A program made the translations under genes and the position numbers. A stretch of 64,000 bases of DNA, from contig FLMG01004575.1 of the NCBI GenBank assembly GCA_900088475.1, positions 1-64,000 on the forward strand. The letters are read 5' to 3'. The stretch is from Hyphochytrium catenoides. Its lineage: Eukaryota; Protista; Hyphochytriomycota. The stretch's first letter is position 1. Every line of letters starts with the position of its first letter. The notes under the pieces were generated by a model. It made no database searches. It saw nothing but the letters and a program-made list of their open reading frames with translations, and had not been told where the DNA came from. Below are positions 53,299 through 64,000 of this stretch, one piece after another.

Positions 53299-53313
53299 CG
53301 AACTTTCTGGAAG
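53299..53313 (+). promoter_or_regulatory. Heat-shock element (nGAAnnTTCnnGAAn) upstream of CPN10
   Basis: cGAActTTCtgGAAg is a perfect three-unit HSE about 225 bp before the CPN10 ATG. Further GAA/TTC half-sites lie at about 53110-53290. Confidence 0.7.
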
Positions 53314-53535
53314 GCCTCTGTTTCCTGTGCTGCTGTTGATGGTGGCGAGCGCTTCATGTCAACGCGGCAGTCGGCTCATCAAGCTCAAGATCAGAACTGC
53401 TGCCCAAGATCCTTTCTTGTCGCTGCAGATGGAGACAGCTCAGACCTTTTCTTTCTGAAACATCAACATACTGGGACCAAGAGGCCTCCATACACAGAGC
53501 AACTCACGTCGGTTTCCATTTTTGCTTATAAAATA

Positions 53536-54076
53536 ATGGTAAGTAGACTATATGCGGAGCTTGTAGTCGTTAAAGTTCATGGGCTCCTTGACTTCTATGG
53601 ACTATGTGAAGAGGGAACTCGTACTTATCTTGTCACTCTCCTTTCTACAGTCCACTCTTGCAAGAAGACTGATTCCTCTTGGGGACAGAGTGCTAGTCAA
53701 GCGTGTAGAGGCTGCGGCAAAGGTTAGGAGAACTCCGGTCTGAGAGTATGTTAACACCTGACTAACACTCACTCTAACTATACAAACAGACTGCTGGTGG
53801 CGTCTTCCTTCCAGATACAAAGAAAGAGCGCCAGAATGAAGGAGAGGTAGGGATCTGATCACAACTTCAGCGTTTTAATGACTTAGCCGGACTTTCCTAT
53901 AGGTAGTAGCCGTAGGTCCTGGTGCACGTTCAAAGGACGGCAATCTGATTCCTCCCTCCTGCCAAGTTGGAGACAAGGTTCTCTTGCCTGAGTACGGCGG
54001 AAGCCTCGTAAAAGTCGGAGAGACTGAGCTTCACCTTTTCCGTGATGAGGATATCCTAGCGAAGTTCGACAACTAA
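53536..54076 (+). CDS. CPN10: 10 kDa chaperonin (mitochondrial CPN10/HSP10, GroES family), 4 coding exons
   Basis: ATG|gtaag, then STLARRLIPLGDRVLVKRVEAAAK|TAGGVFLPDTKKERQNEGE|VVAVGPGARSKDGNLIPPSCQVGDKVLLPEYGGSLVKVGETELHLFRDEDILAKFDN*. Missed by the ORF track. Confidence 0.96.
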
Positions 54077-54275
54077 GCTACAAATGAAGCTATTTGCCAC
54101 AGCCGCGGACAAGCTGCTGTGCGTAGGTGTCGCAGACCCAATGAAACTCTCCACATAACCTTATCAATAGAAATAGTATGACTCTATCTGAGGATGTCAT
54201 CTCCAATTATACACTCTCAGCCAGTTTCTATGCTTAAGCTGAGATCAGCTCTGATCAGCTCTCATTAGGTTACTA

Positions 54276-57200
54276 TTAGTACAGCTCGTCCCAGTCCCTG
54301 TCCACTTCTCCATCAATAACAGGAGCCGGAGCAGCAGTCAGTGCTTCCATACCATGGTGTTCAAAAGAGGCAGTTGGTTCCTGAGGGATCTTTTGCTGAA
54401 TGACTTCGTCATCTTCATCCCAAGAGTCACGGTCTGCCTCATCGGAGACATCGCTCAGTGCAGAGTATTTCGATTTACTGACAAGGGGCGTCAACTGGTA
54501 AAGAGGCGGAGTGACTGTCAGGCGCTGATTTGCGTTGACAAATATATCCAGTAGACTCACTTTGGTTAGAGACTTACTCTCCCAACCCCGAGACTTGGGG
54601 ACCTGTGCAGCCTCAGCTTTTATAGTATCTTCTGGGGCAGGAGTTACTTTCTTTGGCAGCTCCCAGACGAGCTTTAAGTCCAAACTCGTGTCGCTTGTCG
54701 CATCCCGATATGATGGCTGACTGGAACCTAGTCGCATGGAGATACCTGAGAAAACTCTGCGTGCTTTTTCGACGGTTGATAGAATTACGCGGATGTTGTG
54801 AGCATCGAGGACTTCTACTTTACACTCCGCAGGCGATACATATCTAGAGTGAACGCCGTCAGGAAGCTGCCAATAGTGGAAAGAGATTAAATCGACGTAC
54901 TTAGATAAAAGCTCCATGGCTACTGTGCGATCTAGGGTTGGGCTCCAGCATCCATTGTAAATCTTGAAGGTTTTGCTGTTAGGACCCACACTACATTGAG
55001 TGAGATTAGTTTTGACTCTACCGCAAGTATAGCAAACAAAGCGTGCAGGTCTTACTCTGAACTCTGGGCTTGCTTGAAGGTAGAGTCATCACTAACCAAC
55101 CGCCCGTTGTCTCGGGAGATAGATTCTGAGAGCGAGGTCGAGCGAAGGACTGTCGAGAGGAGTTGAGGTGGGATGGTGCTAGCCTTTGTCTGCCAAAGGG
55201 GTGGTTGGTCAGATTACCTTGAACCTTCTGTTCTACTGCTGTACCAAAAGGATTGATTTATCTTACCCTATGCACGCAAATGTACCGCTTTGGTTCAAAG
55301 CCATAAGAGGCTGTACTGAGGCCGTAGTAAGTACAGAGCTCGTGAACAAACGCCCGCGTGGGGCGGTCCATGGCGGAGAAATTGAACCTGAGGAGAATGA
55401 GTCAATCGTCGTGCCAAAGAACTCAATCTGTTTGCCGGCCATTCAAAGACATGCGGAGACATACGTCAGATTCCTTGGGGTGAAGTCAAGTTTCAAAAAT
55501 TGGTCCAATCGTTTCTCTATTCTAGCCACCGTGGCTGGATTCGCAAGGCCAAACGCAATGAGCGCATCGGAGTACTTCACCGCCTGGCCTGGTTTATTCT
55601 CCTCAACCCCTAGAGCACTTGCCAGGCGTCTGTTTCGCTCCAGCTGTTTGCACTACGACAGGATGAGATATTAGTTGACGACTATATGTGAACCACACAC
55701 CTCAGGGTCAGACGCCTACCTCCTCATTACAAGGTAGTCCCCGACGTATGAGCTCCAGTCCTGCCTCCACCGAAGAGACATCAATGTCATCGTCAAATGC
55801 CGTCCGTCGGCCACAAGGACAGCGGAGTGACTTGAGTTTACTATGCGTGAGTGAATGAAAGCGATGGTTTAGGGAGTGAAACTAGTGACTTAGGGTTTCC
55901 GTAGGGGCATTGATATTGTTCTTGTAGGGATATGGACATACATGGTATATTCTCGCTGAGATGCAGCAGTAATGGTCCCTGGTGGGCGATTACTTGGAGC
56001 TAAAGAAGGATTCGGGAGGCTTGGGGGCAGCGAAGGAAAGTGAGCCTCCTGATTTGTCTCAATGCTGTGAGGCAAGTGGCTCATATCCAATGCCAATGGC
56101 TCCGGGGGCCTAGGGAAGGGCTAACCAGCACAATGATCAGTGACTAAGAATCTGTCCGCTACGCTCTGTCAAGTTAGTACTAATCCGACGGGAGGCTTAC
56201 CGTTGATAACCCTTCCTCTGAAGCTAGACCCGTGGCATCTCCTCTTCTGACTCTAAAGCCCACCTCCAAGTTCCTATCAATTCTAAGGTGAGGGTGTACT
56301 GAGGCCATGTGAGCCTTGTAGTCAATGATATTGCCGAACACGACAAACTTGCTTCGCAAACAGTCAGGCTCCTACATAGGAGAGATACTGTTAGGCACAN
56401 NNNNNNNNNNNNNNNNNNNNNNNNNNNNNNNNNNNNNNNNNNNNNNNNNNNNNNNNNNNNNNNNNTGCTCCAGCTCATTATAATCACGGTAGTACCGGTC
56501 TCTGACATTGTGCAGAGATTGACAGAGATGGCACTCGTAATGATCCCGGTGCAGGTGATCATACAGTTCATTGTTGCTATACCAGCGAGATCCACAGAAC
56601 CGACAAAGCGGATGTCCTGTACGAATCCAGCTTTCCGTCAGCACCTGTACAAGTAGTGCTGTTTCATTCGAACCTACCTTGAAAACCTTCTTCAGGATCG
56701 CCTTTCTTTTCGTGCCTTTCTAGAGCTTTTTTAGTAAAGAGAGCTTGCTCTGAAACAAATAGCTGGTCGAGAGCCGAGTCAGACAAAGAGGCCATCGCAG
56801 CTGTTCACGACTCACACTTACCATTTTGGACTTCAAACAAAGCTCGCAAAAGGAGAGTCCATGACCCTTGCCCAGATGAGCTTTATACGCTTTCAGCGAG
56901 AGGAAACTTTCGCCGCACTTGTCACCCCCTTTGCATTTGATCCCGCGCAGTTCTTGGACATAGGGAAGCCCCTTCTTGATCAAGAACATTTGGGAGTCCT
57001 CATCAAAGACATGGTTGGGGCCAATGCTATCTCCCCAGGACTCAAAGCTCTAGGAGCGGCCCACAGGCGTTAGTGCTTATAGTCTCCAAATATTTGACCA
57101 ATAGCACTGGATATCAATCCCCAAACATGCAAACAATGGCTCTGGATTTTTGTCTCAGGCTACAGCCGTAACTGCACGATTTTTTATGGACCCTCTTACC

Positions 57201-58459
57201 AGGCTAGACCTCAGAAACTATCTGATGCTTACCTCGTAGCTTTGGCTCTCATCTTCTATGCAAATCACCTTGTCCATTCGTGTCTTGCAGATTGCACAAT
57301 TCAGCTCTTTCATTAATTGTCTCATTCGAAGGACGCATAGACTGCAGCAACCCCGATGGTTGCACGCGCCTATAGTGTTGAAGGTTCTCACGTTGTCAAT
57401 CGTGGAACAGCAGATTAGACACGTAACTGCACCTTCTGCCTGTTGGCCTGAATATAGGTGGAAGCGATTCAGTCCATATCTAACGAGAAAGCAGCTACTC
57501 ACTATATCCTTACCTTCAAGATCTGCTTTATCCTTTCCCTCCTTTCTTTTGTAGGCCAGAGGCCGCTTTCTATCGTTTCGCTTCCTTTGTTGTCCGTCAC
57601 TCATGGCACCATACTTCTCCGTAAACGTTTCTTTGCTGGCCGCCTGGGGATCTGAGTTGGTTCCTGAGCTTCTTTCTGCGGTCACCTTAGCCGGGTCACG
57701 TCGACTTCCCTTGCGCTGGCTCTCCCGCGATTGTCGCGGCCGCCGCTGAAGGCCTCCAGCACTTGCGTCTAGCCGCTCAACGTTTCTCGTCGCCTCTCGA
57801 CTGTTCATCCGCTTGTCTGATTTTTCACCGTCATGGCGCTGACTTTCAGGGGCAGCAGCTGCACTTAGCCCCTCCGTATTAGTGAATGAGATGTACTGCT
57901 GTTGAGGACGATGAGGGCGCTGATTACGGCTAGCTGGAGACGGCCCTCGAACCGACGCATTGTTCGCTCCTTCCTCAGGGTGACGAGAGGAAGATGAGGA
58001 ACTATCTGCCAGGTGGTGCTGCTCCTTCTGCTTAGATTTAACGTACTTCTCCTTTGGTTTGTTCTTTAATAATACTTCTCCCTTTGGAGCTGTGCCGCGT
58101 GGCGGTTGTGAGGCAGCCAACATCACCTGTAAAGGCGCCATTGAGATGTTGGAGGTGCCTGTACCCAAGCTATCAGAAGCAAGAGAGGAGGTTAATTTGC
58201 CGTTGGCTGGCTGGAAAGCTTGATGTGAGTAGCGGCACTTATCACCGCTTCGACAACCGCTTCTGGACACGGGGTCGAAATGGCGGCAAACAGCCGTCCG
58301 CTTGGGTTTCGAAAGTTTGGATCTGGCTGGATGGGCAACGTCGCTCCCGCCTTGTCTCTCCCTATTTTCCTTTGGTTTTGACTCCTCACTACCTGATGGT
58401 AAGACAGCGACTGAGCTGGTTTGGGCGAAAACCCTTCCGTCGGGCTGCACGGTGTCCAT
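54276..58459 (-). CDS. ZNF598: ZNF598/Hel2-like RING E3 ligase with an N-terminal CCCH finger and a C-terminal NFX1-like R3H region
   Basis: CCCH: CRHFDPVSRSGCRSGDKCRYSH. RING: CLICC...GACNHRGCCSLCVLRMRQLMKELNCAICK. C2H2 array: HLGKGHGLSFCELCL, GHPLCRFCGSRWYSNNELYDHLHRDHYECHLC, YYRDYNELE. R3H: FSAMDRPTRAFVHELCTYYGLSTASYGFEPKR. Confidence 0.88.
56400..56465. other. Assembly gap (66 N) inside a ZNF598 exon
   Basis: Run of N. The length is a multiple of 3, so the C2H2 reading frame is preserved across it. Confidence 0.99.
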
Positions 58460-59274
58460 CTTCAGCAGCAGCAAGGACGAGGAGATCTGAAGCCCAGAGC
58501 CTTAGGAAGGCCTTGTAGACCTCTAAACCATCCTTTTCCCCCGCCAGAAATGAACGAAATAAAGGAGATGGGAGGAAGGAAGAGGAACGTGAGAGAGAAC
58601 GAGCGAAGAAGAGAGAACCGCACCGCCTGCCCCTACACTGATTGCTCGGAGAAACTGCTGATTGATGTTCGCAGCCGCAAGCCCCGAACGGAGTGATTGT
58701 GCTGCTTTATTTGCTGTGGTGACTCCTACTGTGCAGTGAGTTCGGAATCCGCATTGTCCGATTCTGATCGGAAGAACAAACCCAAGCAAATCCCTTCACA
58801 GTCATCAAGTCGTGCGGGAGTGATAACTAGGATAAGATGTTGATCTATCCTCACACAGCTTGGTTGGGCAAACTCACTACAGCGTTATCCACACATACAA
58901 AATCACCCCTTCCATTATTATGAATTCACTGAGGTTTATCAGCGATCCGAATGACTAATGCTCTTCATCAAGCGGTTTGGTTGAGTGGCGGACCAGCAGG
59001 CGGGACAACAGCGAAGGGAAGCGGAAGGAAAGAGGAGAGCTCGCTCTCTTTATGACTCTGGTACGGAGCTTCCCTCAGGGAACTGATGATCTCTTCCATG
59101 CTTCAGAGACTTCCGATGCCATGATACACTATTGAGGGCAAGACGACTCCAGATATCAGCTAGCTCGTAGACTTGCTTGAACAGCAGGTGATCGCCAAGA
59201 ACGCAGGGGGCAAAAGATAAAGCAGGAGGGACGGAAAGCCAGGGCAGTTCGGAACAAATACTGACGATAAGGGA

Positions 59275-59855
59275 ATGTCTGTGACAACCTCTGCTGCGCC
59301 TTTATGGCGTGCCCTTGCTTTCAACAAGCAGACTCGCAGAGGGAGAATCCTTCGTGTCACTCAAGAGCACTACCTGAGAGACGACATCGGCTGTTGCTCC
59401 GAGCTCTGTTTAATCTGTCCTCCGCCTCAACCGCGAGAGGATGTAGAGCCAACTCTCCTCGGAAAGAGGTAATACTGCCACCAGTGATAAGGGAAAGGTC
59501 GTCTTTGCATCTTCTAACCTGCCTTCCATGGTACTCGCTTCTCACCAGTCCGGACGGTAACCGGTATCTTGTACTCGACACCAACACGTTCCTGCATCAG
59601 ATGGACCTATTAGAAAATGCTGTGGGAGCTATTGATAACGTCATTGTAACTCAGACAGTGATGGAGGAAGTAAAGCATAGGAACATCAGCCTTTATAGGA
59701 GGTTATACGCCCTAGTGAAGGTACTGAGAGACGGTGAAACCCGGAAGGATGGGTAATACCTGTCGTCGATAGCTGGCACTATGTCTTCCCGCTATCAATC
59801 CTACGGGTCACCTCTCCATGCCGGTTAGCTTACGGTCTTCTGTTATCTCTCCTTT

Positions 59856-59924
<69 letters not shown>

Positions 59925-62900
59925 CTCTCTCTCTCACCTTGGGCTTTTCCTGCAGAATCCATCCCGTCATTTCGTCATCTTCGCCAACAAGCATCACCAG
60001 AACACATTCGGTATGTCAGAGACCTCCTCGCCGCTGTACTAGTCTATGATGGTTACGTTATCGCCCCAAACGCCACGCTTCTCCACGCTCAAAAGAGTCA
60101 CCGGGTTACCTCACTTTCTGGATTAACCATGTCGATCAACTAACAAGCTGCTTGTCTCCTGCTACTTAGTGGATAGACGGCGAGGAGAGACTGCAAACGA
60201 CTACAATGATCGGGCGATCAGAAAGGTTGTCTCCTGGTACAAGGACCATCTGTCGCAGAGTAAAAAGCCGAACCTCTCAGTAGTATTAGTAACGAATGAT
60301 GCTGCGAATAAGCAGCAAGCCAAGATACAAGGTTTACAAGCAGTTACCATCCAAGAGCTGGTCGGTGGATTTAAAGACAGATATCCCGAACTCTCAGAGT
60401 TGGTGGCGCAACCAAATGACGGGGATAGTGTGGGTGAGGTTGACGCTGTTCCCCGGCCCACTGCGAGCAACGTTAAGAACCAGGGCCAGAAAAAGGGTTC
60501 CAGAGAAGGTCCAAAGGGATCACTTTACCCAGAGTACCTTCCGGATGATCAACTGAACATAGGCCTTAAGGCTGGAAGATACTTCAAGGTGTGTTTTTCC
60601 AGAAAGCTGAACTAGGGCCTCCTCCCTTCAAGCTCATGACAAAAAATCTCACACCTCTAGCCTTCACAAATTGCCTCAGATTAGCCCTTAGGACCTCTAC
60701 TATGAACCTCTTCCTGCTTTGTCTTAGCTTATTACGACTGATTTAGGCCTAATCTATCTGTAGGGTACTCTCCGCTGCTCGCGGGACAATTGGCAAAGTG
60801 CTTATGTCGTAGTCGGAGCAACCGGCGGAGACCGAGTGGGGGTCACTATTCAGGTAAACAGAACGTTACGCGCTTATCAGCCTTGCCTTGCCTTTGTTAC
60901 TGATTAATCTTCTGTACGCCAGGGGCGAGAGAGAATAAATCGTGCCATTGATGGCGACATCGTGGCTATTGAGATCCTTCCTCAGATGGAATGGGGAAGG
61001 GAAGGAACCCCGAAAGCTCCAAAGCTTCTTGCCAAGAGCGACGCAGAGGGTGAGAGGAAGTAGGATAGGACTGACCCCTGTGTGCGCCTTCTAAGACGTG
61101 ACTCCTCCAGTTGAAGGCACTGATACACGGGAGGAAAAGGCCAATGCAGAAATAGCTGATATTGTAAACATCAGCGATGAGACGTGTAAGAGACTGAGAA
61201 TCGACGAGATAATATAGTTCTTCCCGCGAATTGGTCTAACCCCATTCCTCACCTACAACAATTCCAGCCACCACAACGGAGAAGTCATTAGGCACTAAAC
61301 CTTGTGGCAAAGTTGTTGGCGTCCTAAAGAGGAATTGGCGCAGCCTTTGCGGTTCAATCGAGCCGGTTGATGGGCCAGCAGTTAGCAGCTACTCTTTGTT
61401 CGTACCAGTAGATCGTAAGGTGAGCAACTCTTTCTGAGATCTAGGTCGACTGTTTGCTTTGAAGCAATTAACTCTGCTTAAAGAACCTAGGTTTCTCCCC
61501 CATTACTCTATGTAATCTCCGTCCCATACACACCTCCTTGCTCTGACTGGAGAAATGGTCCTTCCTCATATTCATAAATACCGGCAGATCCCTAAGATCA
61601 AGATACTGACGAGACAGCGGGATGCTCTACTGAACAAGCGCATCATGGTTACCATTGACGGATGGCCAACAAACAGTGGATTTCCCATAGGGCATTACGT
61701 TAAAACGCTCGGAGACATCGGGGATAAGGACACAGAGACGAAAGTGATCCTTTTGGAGCACCACATACCCACTGAGGAGTTTTCGCCGAAGGTACGGCAC
61801 GGACAAGACGTGGTTTTGGCGAGTGGGAGAGCATTTTTACGGTTAAAGAGGATTACTAGATACGAAGGGAGTCTTCTTTGCCTACTCCATGTGGGCAAAC
61901 GGGGGTGTCCAACTGTTGGAAGAAATATTTGAGTCGAGAAAAGACAGTGATGTACCAATGTCTTACCCCGATGATAGGTTATTGCGTGTCTACCACCATC
62001 TAACTGGGTAGTTACGGAAGAAAACTCGAAGGGCAGAAGAGACTTGCGCCATCTACCTGTGATGAGCATCGACCCGCCAGGATGCAAGGATATTGACGAC
62101 GCCTTGCATGTCATCAAACTGGACAATGGAAACTATCAGGTAGAGCTCTATTAGTTCTGGCTGTTTGTAGCTTGCCTACACTATGTTGCCTAGTGGCCTG
62201 GCCATGCAGTAATGATCGGAGTTAACCCATTCGATAATATTCTCTCATGTTCACTGTCAATGCCAACAACAGGTGGGGGTTCACATTGCAGACGTGACAC
62301 ACTTCGTCGCCGCAGGTTCAGCGATGGACCTTGAAGCTGCAAATCGAGGCACTTCGACCTACCTCGTGGAACGGCGTCTTGACATGTTACCTGGACTTCT
62401 GACGACGGACATATGCTCTCTAAGGTGAGAAGTGACTCTCACCAATCATCATGCGGGTGGTAAAATCAAGCCAATCAAAAAGGGGTCTCGGGTAGCAGTC
62501 AGTTGCATGCATGGAAGGTGACCGCACTATTTGGTGGGGTGGCGGAGGGTACTATCAACCACTGCGCCGTAAATGGGGTTAAACTGCCGAAAACGCAAGA
62601 AGCGAGTACGCTAGGTGCTGACTGAGCTTGACTGGCAGGGAAGACTAGCTAACCTTCACTTTTGACAGGGGTGGTATCGACCGCTTTGCCTTCTCAGTTG
62701 TCTGGGAGATCTCTCCTGCCATCGAGATTGTATCGGTAGAGTTTTTCAAAAGTATCATCCATTCGGTAGCCGCGATGTCATACCAGGACGCACAGGATCT
62801 TCTGGATAGCGACAGAAAAGATGTCAAGGTGGGTGAGGTGGGCACAGAAATAAAGATTTTCCCAGGGTCATGTGACCTGATAAGCTGAGTACTCTTGCCA

Positions 62901-64000
62901 CCTAAATGAAGCTGTGGCCTAGCGTTCGGTCAAGTTACTTGCTGGAGCCTGCTGCTTTGCTAATTACTTCCTCTGGATCTCCAGGCGAGCTCTGTGAAGA
63001 TGTTAAATCACATCGCAAAGGAACTGCGACAGCGGCGCCTGGAGGCGGGAGCCTTAACACTGGCCTCTCCAGAGGTTTGACGTCACTCTCAGGCTGTTAG
63101 TTCCAACCCAGTCGTCACGCCACTAGACCATCATGTTTCTCTTGTACACCTGTTGCTATTCCTAAATTATGTCGTCTGGGTGCTCTCATGCTATCTTAGG
63201 TGCGGTTCACACTGGATGCCGAATCTCAGAACCCTCTAGATGTGCAGCTGTACCAGCTCAAAGAGACAAATGCGTTGGTGGAGGAGTTCATGCTACTTGC
63301 CAACATCACAGTAGCGAAGAAAATTCTGCGCCACTATCCGTCTTTCTCCATGCTTAGACGCCATCCTGCCCCTTCCCGGCAACAATTCGACGATCTTATG
63401 GCCGAGGTTAGGGCATTGGGCTTTGACATGAACGTAAGCATATCAAACTAGGCTGCTTGGCGATGGCGCAAGCCACTAGTATGTTTCATCGAGTCTTCGT
63501 TTCTGAACTGTCTCTAAACTGCCAGACGGGGTACTTCATCATCTCGTTTCTTACTCCTTCTTTCCACTCTTATTCTTTCGACTGTTCCACTGTTCAGGTG
63601 GACACGAGCAAAACGTTAGCCCAATCCCTTGACTCAATAGAGTCCTCTGAGAACCCGTACATGAATAAGTTGATCCGCATCCTGACCACGCGCTGCATGA
63701 GACCAGCCGAGTACTTTTGTTCAGGTATGACTAGAGCAATAGTGTCACCAAGCATCACGACATCCCCGTCCATGTTACCTCTCGCACTACCGTTTGCATT
63801 TGCAGTTTGGGTTTTACCTATGTGCCCATCTTCTTCAAGCTCCTTTCTTCGGGTGCTTGTCAACGATAACTATACTTCAATTTCAGCGCTGTACCAGAGA
63901 TCTTTTTGACATCTCATGCCCGACTATCCCAACTGATATACTTGACCTCAGGAGAATTCGCTCCAGCTGAGTACCATCACTACGGGCTCGCCGCGCCTAT
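59275..64000 (+). CDS. DIS3: Exosome catalytic subunit DIS3/RRP44 (PIN + CSD + RNB), truncated at the window end
   Basis: [18 protein letters not shown] (CR3), [17 protein letters not shown] (PIN), [97 protein letters not shown]. Confidence 0.97.
59845..59935. repeat. (CT)n/(CTTT)n microsatellite in a DIS3 intron
   Basis: ctctctctct... followed by tttctttctttc... immediately upstream of the acceptor ctgcag at 59955. Confidence 0.92.

Noticed and set aside
1-64000. Prokaryotic-style systems (operons, CRISPR arrays, defence islands) or recoded stop codons
   Set aside because: ORF fragmentation in the recognisable genes is explained by GT-AG introns under the standard code; no repeat-spacer array was seen.

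Overview
Eukaryotic, gene-dense, intron-rich nuclear DNA. Most introns are short GT-AG introns (many about 55-65 nt) with a CTRAC-type branch point, so the ORF track shows mainly exon fragments and antisense noise. All gene models here were spliced by eye and the boundaries are approximate. A stramenopile host is an inference from the gene content (START+FYVE protein, PP28+SAP fusion, PP2C-cNMP-kinase). About 19 protein-coding loci are supported. Clearly recognisable: RPN8/PSMD7, a bacterial-type putative esterase, a PP2C-cNMP-(pseudo)kinase, RAD54, TMEM135-like, a TBC-WW-rhodanese protein, PDAP1+SAP, START-FYVE, a kelch protein, an intronless pepsin-like protein, CPN10 (with an upstream heat-shock element), a ZNF598/Hel2-like E3 and DIS3/RRP44 (runs off the right edge). 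No tRNA, rRNA, CRISPR array or recognisable mobile element was found. The most notable items are unusual domain architectures: (1) a Hel2/ZNF598 ligase fused to an NFX1/Fap1-type Cys-knuckle/R3H C-terminus, lying head-to-head with DIS3; (2) RAD54 with a non-canonical bromodomain inserted inside its C-terminal Zn-binding motif; (3) several enzyme homologues with substituted catalytic residues.
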